Assembly (NCBI RefSeq): GCF_000010065.1 | Contig: NC_006576.1 | Span: 840,001-872,000, forward strand | DNA length: 32,000 nucleotides | Reading direction: 5' to 3' | Origin: Synechococcus elongatus PCC 6301 | GTDB lineage: Bacteria > Cyanobacteriota > Cyanobacteriia > Synechococcales > Synechococcaceae | Part shown: piece by piece, positions 1-13,764 of the stretch | How positions within the stretch are numbered: position 1 is the first letter of the stretch | Layout: every line of letters starts with the position of its first letter | The notes under the pieces: model-generated | The model's database searches: none | Told to the model about the DNA's origin: nothing | Seen by the model: the letters and a program-made list of their open reading frames with translations, nothing else | Program-made: the position numbers and the translations under genes

Positions 1-1338
1 AAATTGATCGCGGCATCCAAGTAGACCTGGGAGGGCGACATTCCTGAAGCGATCGCCGCCGCATAGACAAACATCTTGAAAGTGGAACCCGGCTGACGAT
101 AGGCCTGGGTCGCGCGGTTGAACTGGCTGCGATTGAAATCCACCCCGCCCACCATCGCCCGAATTGCCCCATCGCGAGGATCGATACTGACGAGAGCCCC
201 CTGCAAACTGCCGTAGGTCGAGTTTTGGATAGCCTGGTCCGCCGCTTGTTGCCAGCGATAGTTCAAGGTCGTCTTGAGCGTCAGGCCGCCGTACTCCAAG
301 ACATCCGGCGCAACAAAGCGTGGCAGTTCCTGGCGAACGTAGTCGGTAAAGTAGGGCGCCAGACTTTGAGCATATTTCGGTGCTGCAGGCTTGAGCGCAA
401 GGGGTTCGCGGCGAGCAGCTTCTGCCTCAGATGGGGTGATGAAGCCCACCTCTTGCATGCGGCTCAGCACACTATTACGCCGCTCTTGAGCCACTTCCAA
501 GGAGACCAAAGGCGAGTAGGCTGTGGGCGCGGGGGGTAGCCCCGCCAGCGTTGCCATTTCTCCTAGGCTGAGGTCTTGGACTGGCTTGCTGAAGTAAGTC
601 CAAGCAGCATCAGCAACCCCGTAGGCCCCTGCCCCGAGATAGACCAAATTGAGATACTGCTCAAGGATTTGGTCCTTGGTCAACTCTTGCTCTAGCTTTT
701 GCGCCATCAGCGCTTCGTTGAGCTTGCGTTGCAGACTGCGCTCTTGGCTGAGAAAAACAATGCGGGCCAGCTGCTGGGTGATGGTACTAGCACCCTCCTG
801 CACCTGACCGCTGAGCAGGTTTGTGACGCTGGCGCGGGCAATCCCGAACAGATCGATACCGCTATGTTCGTAGAAGCGCCGATCCTCAGCCGCGAGGAAA
901 GCCTGACGTAGACGCAGGGGAATCTGCTTGAAGGGCACCTTGTCGCGCGTGGCCGGCCCAATTTTCTGCAGAACGGTATTGTCGGCCGAGAGAATGGTGA
1001 TCGTGCCCGGTCGCGTGAAGCTAGACCTCTTTGGGATTAGGGAGCTGCTGAATCCATCGCCGCCGCGCGATTTCAGCCCCAGCGACACCAGCCGCCCCGA
1101 TCGCCAGAATGAGCGCTACCCCTAACCAATGCTGTCGCCCCGATCGCGGTAGACGAGCCGCTCGGGCCTCTCGGCGGGCTCGCCGTCTTTCTGCTCGCGC
1201 TTGACGGGATCGAGAGGTAGAAGCCGGTTTGGCCTTCCAAAAAGGTAGCCCCTTGGGTGTTGCAGCAGCCGGCCGATCGCTCGTTGGGTCAGCAGCAGAA
1301 GACTTGGCCACAGGTGGTTGATTGCTAGAGCCAGACAC
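1..1338 (-). CDS. Class A penicillin-binding protein (GT51 transglycosylase plus transpeptidase). The 3' end lies beyond the window. The N-terminal tail/TM segment (1021..1338) and the catalytic part (1..1019) are in different frames.
   Basis: My minus-strand translation of 1..1019 gives EDRRFYEHSGID, GASTITQQL and RKLNEALMAQKLE (GT51 motifs) and PGSTFKMFVY (SxxK). Track ORF 1021..1338 encodes a basic tail plus a TM helix (WLGVALILAIGAAGVAG) and ends at a TAG at 1021-1023. Confidence 0.8.
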
Positions 1339-1623
1339 CGCTCGATTGAAACTCCCGGAGATAGTGATGCCCTATGAGAGAGCGATCGTGCAGGGATCTT
1401 AGCCGCTATCCAAGCATTGAGCAGCAATGATCGTGTAGTTGTTTAGAGGCAAGTCCAGCAGTTGTTCCCACTATTGCGGCGATCGCAACCTGCCTGATCT
1501 TGATTATCTGGCAGCGCTGAGAACCACCCTCAAACACCCAGACGGTCATTAGAACCGCTTAGGGACAGACGGGGCTGAACAAGGCACTTTGATACGATCG
1601 AAGGACTTTTGCTGCCTGCCACC

Positions 1624-2280
1624 ATGCTGACGATCGCCCTGCCCAAAGGTGCCCTACTCAAAGACAGCATTCGCTTGCTGCAATCCGCAGGGCTCGACTT
1701 CAGCGCCTTTTTGGAACCTGGAAATCGCCAGCTACAGATTCTCGATCGCCAGGAACGGGCCAAGGCTTTACTGGTACGCAACTCGGACGTACCGGTCTAT
1801 GTGGAATACGGGCAGGCTCAACTTGGTGTGGTTGGCTATGACGTCCTGCGGGAGAAAACCGCGAGAGTGGCGCAGCTGATCGACCTCAGGTTTGGCGGGT
1901 GCCGTATGTCGATCGCAGTCAAAGCCAGCAGTCCCTATCGTTCAGTACTTGACCTGCCAGCCCACTGTCGCATTGCCTCCAAATTTGTGCACTGTGCTCG
2001 CGACTATTTCCACAATCTCGATTTGCCTGTAGAGATTGTGCCGCTCTCCGGCTCTGTGGAACTAGGGCCGATTACCGGTATGTCAGAAGCGATCGTCGAT
2101 TTAGTTGCCACGGGTCAAACCCTACGCGAGAACGGCTTAGTTGAGATCGAGACGCTGTTTGACAGTACGGCTCGCCTGATCGCCAACCCCTTGGCCTATC
2201 GGATCAATGCAGATGGCATTAGTGAACTAATCGAGGAGCTGCGGCAGAGTGTCACTCAGGCGATCGCAGCAACTTGCTAG
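1624..2280 (+). CDS. hisG: ATP phosphoribosyltransferase, short form
   Basis: [12 protein letters not shown]..., [25 protein letters not shown] and [14 protein letters not shown] are typical of HisG. I prefer the ATG at 1624 to the TTG at 1609 used by the track. Confidence 0.88.
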   Translation: MLTIALPKGALLKDSIRLLQSAGLDFSAFLEPGNRQLQILDRQERAKALLVRNSDVPVYVEYGQAQLGVVGYDVLREKTARVAQLIDLRFGGCRMSIAVKASSPYRSVLDLPAHCRIASKFVHCARDYFHNLDLPVEIVPLSGSVELGPITGMSEAIVDLVATGQTLRENGLVEIETLFDSTARLIANPLAYRINADGISELIEELRQSVTQAIAATC

Positions 2281-2312
2281 GGTGAAGCATGACCTGGTCC
2301 ACGCTTTAATTC

Positions 2313-4109
2313 ATGCTTGCTCTGTTACGTCGTTGGGATGATTGGTCACTACTGAGTCGGCTTTTGCCTTACCTCGGTCGCCACAAGCGGTTACTGATCG
2401 GATCGTTGATTTTGCTCGTGCCCTTGGCTTTGGCCGGCGCCGTGCAACCCATGCTGGTGGGGCAAGCGATCTCGGTTCTACAGAACAAGCCGACCTGGGA
2501 AATGCTGCAGGGCATGAGCCGCAGTCAAGGCTTGAACCTACTCTCCTTGGCACTGTTGGCCACGATCGTTGTGCGGCTGGCCTTCCGAGGCGTCCAAGGC
2601 TACTACGTGCAGGAAGTCGGTCAGCGCGTGACCGCCGACATTCGCCAAGATTTGTTCCAGCACGTCACGGCTCTGGCCGTGCGCTTTTTCGATCGCACGC
2701 CTGTGGGCAAGCTGGTGACACGACTCACCAACGATGTCGAAGCCCTCGGCGAAGTCTTTTCGACCGGCGCGATCGGTATTCTCAGCGATATTGTTTCATT
2801 GCTGGCGATCGCGATCGCCATGTTTTGGTTGCAGTGGCAATTGGCGCTGTTGCTGACCGTTTTATTGCCGCCCACCACGGCTGTCATCCTCTATTTCCAG
2901 CGACGCTACCGCAAAGCCAATTACCGAGCCCGCGAGGAGCTGTCGAACCTCAACGCCAGCTTGCAGGAAAACATGGTCGGGATTGGCATTGTCCAAAGCT
3001 TCCGCCGCGAAGCCTACAATGCCCAGCAGTTTCGAGTGGCGAATCAACGCTATCTCGAAGCCGTCGATCGCACGATCTTTCACGACTCGGCCATTTCCGC
3101 CACGCTGGAATGGATCTCGCTGGCTGCGATCGCGGCTGTCCTCTGGTTAGGCAGCTTTCTGGTATTGCAAGACCAAATGAATTTTGGTCTGTTAGCAGCA
3201 TTTATTCTTTACTCGCAGCGGTTGTTTGACCCGTTGCGCCAACTCGCTGAAAAATTCACCTCGATTCAAGCTGGATTTACAGCGATCGAGCGAATTGTCG
3301 ACATCTTCAATGAACCAATTGAAATTCGCGATGCCGCCCAGACCCAACAACTGAGCCTTGAAACCTCACAGTCTGGAGAAATTCACTTTGAAAATGTTTG
3401 GTTTGGCTACAAGCCCGATGAGCCGGTCATTCAAAACCTCAACATCACCATTCAACCCGGTCAAAAGGTTGCACTAGTGGGGCCGACTGGAGCCGGAAAG
3501 AGTACGATTATTCGCCTGCTCTGTCGCCTCTATGAGCCAACTCAAGGACGGATTTTAATTGACGGCATTGATATCCGAAATCTACCTCAGGTCGAGCTGC
3601 GGCGTCACCTAGGCGTCATTCTCCAAGACGGCTTTCTGTTTGCCGGGGATGTCAGCAGCAACATCACGCTGGGAGAGCCCTACGACCAGGAGGCGGTGCA
3701 GGCAGCAGCGCGTCGCACCAATGTTGCCACGCTGATTGAATCGCTGCCGCAAGGCTATGCCACTCCTTTACGGGAACGCGGGACAAATTTGTCGGGCGGA
3801 CAAAGGCAGCTATTGGCGTTTGCGCGGGTGGCCATTCGCGATCCAAAGGTGTTGATTTTGGATGAGGCGACAGCGAATTTAGATGTCGGCACTGAAGCTC
3901 TTGTTCAAGAGGCTTTAGATGATCTCCTGAGCGATCGCACCGCAATTATTATTGCTCACCGGCTCTCGACAATTCGCAATGCCGATCGCATCTTAGTCCT
4001 CCGCCAAGGACAGCTAATCGAAGATGGATCACATGATGTTTTGATGGCTCGCAACGGACTATATACCAGTCTCTATCGACTGCAATCACTGGGAGCAGAA
4101 GTAGCCTAG
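2313..4109 (+). CDS. ABC exporter, fused permease/ATPase (MsbA/multidrug type)
   Basis: N-terminal 6-TM region, Walker A GPTGAGKST, signature LSGGQRQ, Walker B ILILDEAT. Confidence 0.88.
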   Translation: MLALLRRWDDWSLLSRLLPYLGRHKRLLIGSLILLVPLALAGAVQPMLVGQAISVLQNKPTWEMLQGMSRSQGLNLLSLALLATIVVRLAFRGVQGYYVQEVGQRVTADIRQDLFQHVTALAVRFFDRTPVGKLVTRLTNDVEALGEVFSTGAIGILSDIVSLLAIAIAMFWLQWQLALLLTVLLPPTTAVILYFQRRYRKANYRAREELSNLNASLQENMVGIGIVQSFRREAYNAQQFRVANQRYLEAVDRTIFHDSAISATLEWISLAAIAAVLWLGSFLVLQDQMNFGLLAAFILYSQRLFDPLRQLAEKFTSIQAGFTAIERIVDIFNEPIEIRDAAQTQQLSLETSQSGEIHFENVWFGYKPDEPVIQNLNITIQPGQKVALVGPTGAGKSTIIRLLCRLYEPTQGRILIDGIDIRNLPQVELRRHLGVILQDGFLFAGDVSSNITLGEPYDQEAVQAAARRTNVATLIESLPQGYATPLRERGTNLSGGQRQLLAFARVAIRDPKVLILDEATANLDVGTEALVQEALDDLLSDRTAIIIAHRLSTIRNADRILVLRQGQLIEDGSHDVLMARNGLYTSLYRLQSLGAEVA

Positions 4110-4348
4110 CGACCGCGCCACCGACGGTTACTCACCCTAGAGCCAGACTCTCGCGTCTCTAGACCCGAACACTGGCAGGTTTAGCAACAACAAGTGCTAG
4201 TCAATCCTGAAGCGTTAAAAGCGTTTCCTAAGTGCTTCAGCCATCTTTGTCGTTTTCTTACAAATCCTGAGCCTTTTCAACAAACCGTTGTTTTTACTGC
4301 GATCTAGGTGCCTCCTAAAGATAGGACGTGCGATCGCGAGGCTCAGCT

Positions 4349-6909
<2,561 letters not shown>

Positions 6910-6913
<4 letters not shown>

Positions 6914-8283
6914 GCAGGTTGCCCGTCGGCACGGTTCTCAACGATCGCTACGAATTGGATAGCCCCCTTGGGCAGGGTGGAACAGGCACGACCTATCGCG
7001 CCCACGATCGCCAGAGCCAACAGACTGTCGCGATCAAAATCCTGACGCTCAGCGGCACCACCGACTGGAAGATTCTGGACTTGTTTGAGCGGGAAGCTCG
7101 GATCCTCGCAACCCTGCAGCATCTGGGTATTCCTCACTATCGCGATTACTTTCAGACCGAGACCAGCAGCGACTGTTACTTCTGTCTGGTACGCGACCTC
7201 GTCGAAGGCCAGCCCCTCGATCAACTGGTGGAGCAGGGTGCCCGCTTGAGCGAGGAGGAAGTTGTCGTGATCGCAGCACAAGTACTGGAGATTCTGGTCT
7301 ACCTGCAAAGCCTCTATCCGCCCCTCATCCACCGCGACATCAAGCCGCAGAATCTGATTCGGCAAACCGACGGTCAGCTCCAGCTCATCGATTTTGGCTC
7401 TGTGCAGGCGATCGCCCGCGAAACCCTGCTGGGCAGCAACACTTTCGTTGGCACGCTGGGTTACATGCCACCCGAGCAACTCCAGGGGCAGAGCAGTCCG
7501 CAATCGGATCTCTATGCTGTGGGCGCGACCCTCGTCTTTCTGCTAACGGGGCGATCGCCCGATCAACTGCAGCGACAGCGGTTGCGGATCGACTTTCGAC
7601 CCTACGCCAAAATTTCCGATCGTCTAGCAACATGGCTGGATCAACTTCTGGCTCCCCTGCCGGAAGAACGGTTTGGCTCCGCCGCGATCGCCCTTCAAGC
7701 GCTCAAAGTCCTGAATCGCCCCAGCTTCAGTCCATCTGCGATCGCCAGTTCCTCCAGCGACACCGTGCTGAGCCTCCGGAAACCCGCCGGTAGCAAGGTG
7801 GAATTAACCCGCAGTCCCCAGCGTTTACGCCTGCGAATCCCGCCGCAAGGCCTGCGGCTTTCTCTCTTGGGACTGGCAGGATTCGCGCTGTTTTGGAATG
7901 TTTTGCTGGTCTTTTTTACAGCGACCTTTGCTGTCAGTGCCCCCCTATTTCTGCTTTTCTTGCTGCCTTTTTGGTACGTCGGCATCATGCTAATGGCGCC
8001 CTTGTGTTTGGCACTGTTTGGCCAATCCATTTTGGAGATCGGACGCGATCGATTCCAGCTGCACATGACTGCTTTGGGAATCAGCAAAACCCTACGTGGT
8101 CAAACTGATGACATTAATGCAGTAGAAGTTGCCCACAGTGGGATTCGCATCAACGATGTGCCGCTCTACACCTGTGTTCTACAAGTTGGCATCAATCGCC
8201 ATCAGTTCGGTTTTATGCTAACTACGATTGAACAAGATTGGATTGCAGCTGAGCTGCAACAATTCCTGCAGCAGCTAGTTTGA
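6910..8283 (+). CDS. Hanks-type Ser/Thr protein kinase with a C-terminal membrane-spanning extension
   Basis: GQGGTGTTY, AIK, HRDIKPQNLI, DFG and GTLGYMPPEQ motifs. Hydrophobic helices lie around residues 320-375. Its ATG overlaps the ppsA stop (ATGA at 6910-6913). Confidence 0.88.
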
Positions 8284-10737
8284 AGCGGTGCTGGGGTAAG
8301 CAATCCGTTTGTGATGGAACTGCTGCCAAATTTGGACAAAGACTTCCGCGATCGTGGCGAGATCTCGACGGCTTAACCCCGAGGCAGCCAGTTGGTTATC
8401 TTGCCAGCGCGCCCGAATAATCCGCTTGACCATACGCAGCGCATCTTCCATCGTGGCATTCTCGAGCGATCGCAGAGCCGCCTCACAGGAATCAGCCAGC
8501 ATCACAATGCCGGTTTCACGACTTTGGGGAATCGGTCCCGGATAGCGAAAATCCTGTTCATTGACTGTGTAGCGATCGGGATCTTTTTGGGCGAGTTCTT
8601 TCGCTTGGTGATAGAAATAGGCGATCAGCATCGTGCCCTGATGCTCAGGGATGAAGTCCCGCACGGCCTTGGGTAACCCTGCCCGCCGCGCCAGCTGTAC
8701 CCCTTCCGAGACATGGCGTTGAATAATCGCAGCGCTTTGCCAAGGGTCATTGATTTGGTCGTGTTGGTTTTTGCCGCTCTGCTGATTTTCGACAAAACAG
8801 CACGGCTCACAGAGCTTGCCCACATCGTGATAGAGCGTGCCAGTACGCACCAACTCCATGTTGCAGCCCAGGGCTCGAGCCGCTGCCTCTGCCAAGGAGG
8901 AGACGAATAGCGTGTGCTGAAAAGTACCTGGAGCCTCAGCTGCCAGACGACGCAGCAGGGGGCGGTTGGGGTTCGCCAACTCCGCCAGTCGAATCGGCGT
9001 CACGAGATCAAAAATGCGCTCAAGGTAGGGACTGATCCCCAAGGCCACCACACTCCAGGCCATCCCCCGCAGGGCGTGAATTCCCACAGTGGTCAGCAGT
9101 GAGATCCAAGAGGCAAAAAAGAGGCCAGCAGGCGGATTGATCAAGCTGCAGAGCAGAAAGGTTACCCCTTCAGCCATGCCAACACCGAGGCCCAGTAACG
9201 CCACTTCTTCGCGCGAGCGCAGGGAACCCACACGCACGGCGCCGACCAAGCCAGCCACGGAGCTAGCCATCAGGGAGTTGAGGTCAACCACGGGCACCAA
9301 GTTTAGTCCCAGGGGCGCGATCGCAGTCAGCAAGACAACGAGGGTGCTCCCCAGCCGAGCGCCGTAGAAGCTGCCCGCTAGCAAACCCACTGCCGGCAAG
9401 GTCGAAACATGCAGCGGCGTGCTGTAGCCCAGGGGGACTGAGAGCGCTAAGACCAAGGGCAAGAGGCGATCGCCCACCCGCAGGTTGGGTTGCCAGCGGC
9501 GTTGCATTAACCAGAAGACCGCCAAGCCCAACGTCACAATGCCGCCAAAGCCAATCAAACCGGGCCAGTTAGGGCTGCGGCGCGTCAAACCGAAGTAGTC
9601 CAGCAGGGCAAATTCCCGCTCTCGAATCACCTCACCCGAGGCAACGATCACCTGACCTTTGCGAACAGGCACCACCACGTCATCGACAGCACTAGCTCGT
9701 AATTCGGCTAAAAAGCGCGTCTTTTCCTGATCGATCTCCAGGGTGCTTTGGTTGTTGATTACCTGTCCCAGCAGGGTTTGTCCCACCAGCACTGCAGAGT
9801 TGGAAAGCTGGTTGCCCAAGTGGGAGCGAATCGTGTTTTGAATCACCGGCTCGGGCAGCCCCTGGGGTAGCCCTTGGGCCAGAATGCGATCAAGCGCCTC
9901 GCGGAGAGTGAGCTGGAGTTGCTGCCATTGGCGATTGCTGAGGTCCAGGAGTTCAGGCTGGAAAGGTGAGGGGCGAGCTGAAGACTGGAGCGTGTCGAGG
10001 CTGTCACGGGCACGGGTGTAGCGCTGCTGAGCCTGACGAATGCTGGAGAGGACATTCGGCCAAGTTTGGGGCGATCGCCGTCGTACTTGCTCCAAGCTAT
10101 CGAGCAGCTGTTGGAGTTCTGGATCGGTCAGGGGCTGATTGGGTTGGGTCAGCGCTTGTTGGAGTTGACGCCAGCGCTGGGGCGACAACTGGCGCAACGT
10201 CAGTTGGGTTTGCTCGCTGAGCTGAGCGACAGGCAGGTAGGGAAACGCACCCAGTTGCTCCCGCACTTCCTCGCCTTGGGCAAGGAAGGCATTTAGGGTT
10301 TGGCGTAGTTGCTGATTGGTCGTCGCATTGATGCGCAGCACGGCCGTGGTCCCCGATCGCGCTTCGCTACGGCGGCGATCGGTACTGAGGCGATCGACCA
10401 CTTGGGCCGAGTCAGGCGCTGTGATAGTGACCGCCGCACGCATCCCTACGTCGAGGCGGGGCTGATTATAAAACCGTTGGCCTGCCAGCGCAGTCATAGC
10501 CACGATGCCAAGAATCCCTAAGGCCAGGCAACGGCGATAGGAACGGCGGCGCTTGGGGGTGATTACCAGGCAGGCAGGCCCCAAGGCAAAGCGATCGGGC
10601 TCGCGATCGCTCCAGTTAGGTTGCTGACGCACAAAGGGTCGAACGATCCAGCCGGGCAAGGAAATCATGGAAGGGGACGCCAGATCACAAGAGCCAACAT
10701 GCGATGAGGGGGTCGTGAACAGGCGCTCGGCAAGCAT
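8275..10737 (-). CDS. 7TM receptor with intracellular HD/HDIG phosphohydrolase domain (PgpH/YqfF-like)
   Basis: Multi-TM block followed by FQHTLFVSSLAEAAA...LYHDVGK (HD motif) and the HDIG-type C-terminus. Start is uncertain: the ATG at 10737 is chosen so it does not overlap the upstream ORF; the track starts at 10929. Confidence 0.8.
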   Translation of the reverse strand: MLAERLFTTPSSHVGSCDLASPSMISLPGWIVRPFVRQQPNWSDREPDRFALGPACLVITPKRRRSYRRCLALGILGIVAMTALAGQRFYNQPRLDVGMRAAVTITAPDSAQVVDRLSTDRRRSEARSGTTAVLRINATTNQQLRQTLNAFLAQGEEVREQLGAFPYLPVAQLSEQTQLTLRQLSPQRWRQLQQALTQPNQPLTDPELQQLLDSLEQVRRRSPQTWPNVLSSIRQAQQRYTRARDSLDTLQSSARPSPFQPELLDLSNRQWQQLQLTLREALDRILAQGLPQGLPEPVIQNTIRSHLGNQLSNSAVLVGQTLLGQVINNQSTLEIDQEKTRFLAELRASAVDDVVVPVRKGQVIVASGEVIREREFALLDYFGLTRRSPNWPGLIGFGGIVTLGLAVFWLMQRRWQPNLRVGDRLLPLVLALSVPLGYSTPLHVSTLPAVGLLAGSFYGARLGSTLVVLLTAIAPLGLNLVPVVDLNSLMASSVAGLVGAVRVGSLRSREEVALLGLGVGMAEGVTFLLCSLINPPAGLFFASWISLLTTVGIHALRGMAWSVVALGISPYLERIFDLVTPIRLAELANPNRPLLRRLAAEAPGTFQHTLFVSSLAEAAARALGCNMELVRTGTLYHDVGKLCEPCCFVENQQSGKNQHDQINDPWQSAAIIQRHVSEGVQLARRAGLPKAVRDFIPEHQGTMLIAYFYHQAKELAQKDPDRYTVNEQDFRYPGPIPQSRETGIVMLADSCEAALRSLENATMEDALRMVKRIIRARWQDNQLAASGLSRRDLATIAEVFVQIWQQFHHKRIAYPSTASN

Positions 10738-10829
10738 TAGGCCGATTATAGCGAGTTGAGTTTGTCTGCTCAGGCACGCTGGGTATTGAGGCAACTGGCG
10801 CCTAGTCGGATGAGCATCCCTCACCAGGG

Positions 10830-11342
10830 TCAGGTCTTTGTCCCAGGTGGCCAGCGGTAGCCTGTCTGCCAAGCCGCTAACTGTTCGCCCAGGGCTCGCA
10901 GACGGACTTGGGGTAGCGATTGCCACCAAGTCAGCGGCAGGATCACCGTGCCGTAGTGACGACCCAAATCAGCTAGCTCCAGAGCGATCGCCTCAGATTC
11001 ACGGGTTTGCTGCTGCGCGATCGCCCAGAGAAGGGGCAGCTCGGGTAGCCGCCTCGGCTCCGACCAGGACGGTTGCAACCCACGATCAGGCTGTAGATAC
11101 CGACAGGGTAAAGTCTCAATGCCTGTGTACGTCGGTACCGATCGACGCTGCCAAAGTTCGGCCGCGATCGCCTCCCAAGCTGGTAACAGTGACTCTGGCG
11201 GGCGTTCTGAGGATTGCCCCAAAAACAGCGCGATCGCCAACGGGGCTAGCCAGCGATCGGTCCGAGGAGAAAAGCTAAAGACAGAATGCGAAATCGGCAA
11301 ACCAGCGGAGCACTCAAAGGATAGACGGGATGGCGGCAGCAA
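10830..11342 (-). CDS. Hypothetical protein; start uncertain
   Basis: Open frame with no internal ATG; the track uses a TTG start that overlaps the folD start. No recognisable motif. Confidence 0.3.
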   Translation of the reverse strand: MLPPSRLSFECSAGLPISHSVFSFSPRTDRWLAPLAIALFLGQSSERPPESLLPAWEAIAAELWQRRSVPTYTGIETLPCRYLQPDRGLQPSWSEPRRLPELPLLWAIAQQQTRESEAIALELADLGRHYGTVILPLTWWQSLPQVRLRALGEQLAAWQTGYRWPPGTKT

Positions 11343-12199
11343 TACTGGATGGTCGAGCCTTGGCAGCCCAACGGCGCCAACAACTGCGGGAACAAGTAGA
11401 AGCGATCGCCCCGGCTGTCGGTCGTCGTCCGGGCCTTGCTGTGATTATGGTCGGTGACAATCCCGCCAGTGCCGTCTATGTCCGCAACAAAGAGAGAGCC
11501 TGCGAGCAAACCGGCATTGTCTCCTTTGGCAAGCATCTGCCTGGCGACAGCAGCGAAGCTGAAATTCGGGCGCTGATCGAAGAGCTCAACCAAGATGACC
11601 GGGTTGATGGCATTTTGGTGCAATTGCCATTGCCTAGCCATTTAGATGCCGTGCCGCTCCTGCTGGCGATCGATCCTGAAAAAGATGCTGATGGCCTGCA
11701 CCCGCTCAATCTAGGGCGGCTACTGCGCGGTGAGGAAGGACTCCGCAGCTGTACCCCTGCTGGAGTGATGGAGCTGCTGGCTGCCAATCAAATCGACCCC
11801 GCTGGCAAAAAAGCCGTGGTGATCGGTCGCAGCATTCTCGTCGGTAAGCCGCTGGCGATGATGCTGCTGGAAGCTAACGCCACCGTCACGATCGCCCATT
11901 CCCGCACTCCCAATCTGCCGGAGGTCTGCCGCCAAGCCGACATTGTCGTGGCCGCAGTCGGACGACCAGAGCTGGTCGGAGCTGACTGGATCAAGCCCGG
12001 TGCCGTCGTCGTGGATGTGGGCATTAACCGCTTGGAAGATGGCCGTCTCGTCGGAGACGTGGACTACGAAGCGGCTTCGGCTATCACCAGCTGGATCACG
12101 CCGGTTCCCGGCGGCGTTGGACCAATGACCGTGGCAATGCTGTTGCATAATACGGTCTTGAGCTATTGCCGCCGCTCGGGACAGCCCTTTCTGAGCTAA
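11330..12199 (+). CDS. folD: Bifunctional methylenetetrahydrofolate dehydrogenase/cyclohydrolase
   Basis: ILDGRALA..., [39 protein letters not shown] and [14 protein letters not shown] are classic FolD motifs. Confidence 0.93.
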   Translation: MAAAILDGRALAAQRRQQLREQVEAIAPAVGRRPGLAVIMVGDNPASAVYVRNKERACEQTGIVSFGKHLPGDSSEAEIRALIEELNQDDRVDGILVQLPLPSHLDAVPLLLAIDPEKDADGLHPLNLGRLLRGEEGLRSCTPAGVMELLAANQIDPAGKKAVVIGRSILVGKPLAMMLLEANATVTIAHSRTPNLPEVCRQADIVVAAVGRPELVGADWIKPGAVVVDVGINRLEDGRLVGDVDYEAASAITSWITPVPGGVGPMTVAMLLHNTVLSYCRRSGQPFLS

Positions 12200-12241
12200 A
12201 CCGCTGAGTGGTGTGGCCTGTTTCCCATTGCGCTAAGCCCT

Positions 12242-13147
12242 ATGGTCGCCTCTTCATCGCTTCGCTTCGATCTCAAAAGCTACTTAAAGGAGCGGCAGCG
12301 CCAAGTTGAGGCAGCTCTAAATGCGATCTTGCCACCCCAAGATCCACCGTTGATCTACGAGTCGATGCGCTATTCCCTGCTGGCAGAAGGCAAGCGGCTA
12401 CGGCCCATTCTTTGCCTCGCCAGTTGCGAACTAGCGGGTGGAACGGCTGCGATCGCCCTACCGACAGCCTGTGCCTTGGAGATGGTGCACACCATGTCCC
12501 TGATCCACGACGACCTGCCGTCGATGGACAACGATGATTTTCGGCGCGGTCGACCCACCAATCACAAGGTTTACGGCGAAGACATCGCCATTCTGGCCGG
12601 TGATGCACTGCTGACTTACGCCTTTGAAGCGATCGCCCGTCACACGCCCGAAGTGCCTGCCGATCGCGTCCTCAAGGTGATTGCCGCCTTAGCACGAGCC
12701 GTTGGAGCCGAAGGGCTTGTTGGCGGGCAAGTGGTGGATCTGCAATCCGAGGGACGGGATGACGTCAACCTCGAAACCCTGCACTACATCCACACCCACA
12801 AAACGGGTGCGCTCTTGGAAGTCTCTGTGGTTTCTGGTGCCATTCTGGCCGGCGCAAGCGAAGAGCTCCAAGAGCAGCTGCGCACCTATGCTCAAAAAAT
12901 TGGTCTGGCTTTCCAAGTGATCGACGACATCTTGGACATCACAGCAACGGCCGAAGAACTGGGTAAAACGGCGGGCAAGGATCTGGCTGCGAAAAAAGCA
13001 ACCTACCCCAGCCTGCTCGGTCTGGACGCATCTCGCGAGTATGCCGATCAGCTGATTACCGAAGCGAAAGCAGCGATCGCAGCCTTTGGTGCCGAAGCCG
13101 ATCCACTGCGGGCGATCGCTGACTACATTACGGCACGGAAACACTGA
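12242..13147 (+). CDS. crtE: Geranylgeranyl/farnesyl diphosphate synthase (polyprenyl synthetase)
   Basis: First and second Asp-rich motifs are [20 protein letters not shown] and FQVIDDILD. Length is about 300 aa. Confidence 0.88.
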   Translation: MVASSSLRFDLKSYLKERQRQVEAALNAILPPQDPPLIYESMRYSLLAEGKRLRPILCLASCELAGGTAAIALPTACALEMVHTMSLIHDDLPSMDNDDFRRGRPTNHKVYGEDIAILAGDALLTYAFEAIARHTPEVPADRVLKVIAALARAVGAEGLVGGQVVDLQSEGRDDVNLETLHYIHTHKTGALLEVSVVSGAILAGASEELQEQLRTYAQKIGLAFQVIDDILDITATAEELGKTAGKDLAAKKATYPSLLGLDASREYADQLITEAKAAIAAFGAEADPLRAIADYITARKH

Positions 13148-13626
13148 TGTTATCCGTCCTCCGTCAATTGCTGGCCAATGACGTCCTCGTTGCTGCCCTG
13201 CTTGCCTGCGGCCTCGCTCAGTTCTCAAAACTGATTGTTGAGGGGGTGCGCGATCGCCGTCTGAACTGGCATGTGCTGATTGAAACCGGCGGTATGCCCA
13301 GCTCGCACTCGGCGTTGGTCGCTGCATTGGCCACGGCTGTTGGCCGACAGCAGGGTTGGGGCAGCCTTGAATTTGCGGTTGTCACCGTCTTCGCGATCAT
13401 CGTCATGTACGACGCAGCAGGGGTGCGCTGGGCGGCAGGTCGCCAAGCTCGTATTTTGAACCTGATCAGCGAGCAGGTGCTGACCACCTCAGAGGAAGAA
13501 GATGCGATCGAGCGTCTGAAGGAAGCCCTGGGACATACCCGACTGGAAGTTCTGGTCGGCGCGATCATGGGCGTTGCGATCGCCCTGCTACTAGAGCCTG
13601 CTCTGTTACTCTCCGAGTGGCTGTAA
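13147..13626 (+). CDS. Divergent PAP2 / DUF212 family membrane protein
   Basis: GGMPSSHSALVAAL and YDAAGVRWAAGRQA are typical of the acid phosphatase/vanadium-haloperoxidase-related DUF212 family. Its start overlaps the crtE stop (TGATG). Confidence 0.75.
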   Translation: MLSVLRQLLANDVLVAALLACGLAQFSKLIVEGVRDRRLNWHVLIETGGMPSSHSALVAALATAVGRQQGWGSLEFAVVTVFAIIVMYDAAGVRWAAGRQARILNLISEQVLTTSEEEDAIERLKEALGHTRLEVLVGAIMGVAIALLLEPALLLSEWL

Positions 13627-13648
13627 GACCAATCTGCACTCGAAGGTC

Positions 13649-13692
13649 AGTCCCACACTATTGCTTTGAGCAAAAAGATTGGGACTTTGTTC
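13649..13692 (+). terminator. Possible intrinsic terminator between convergent genes
   Basis: AGTCCCA ... TGGGACT stem (13649-55 / 13680-86) with an inner TTGCT/AGCAA hairpin, followed by TTTGTT. Confidence 0.35.
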
Positions 13693-13764
13693 CTGAGCTG
13701 ATGAACCTTCAACCTGTGGTCAAAATCGACGCGTTTTACCCGTAGCGACGCAGGCGAACCCAGT

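Noticed and set aside
2342-3229. 295-aa alternative-frame ORF inside the ABC transporter gene
   Set aside because: The translation is Arg/Pro/Ala-rich and low-complexity, typical of an off-frame read of GC-rich coding DNA. The overlapping frame has full ABC exporter motifs.
11246-12148. Minus-strand ORFs (131, 103, 142 and 78 aa) overlapping folD
   Set aside because: They are antisense or off-frame to a textbook FolD sequence, with Ser/Arg-rich nonsense composition.
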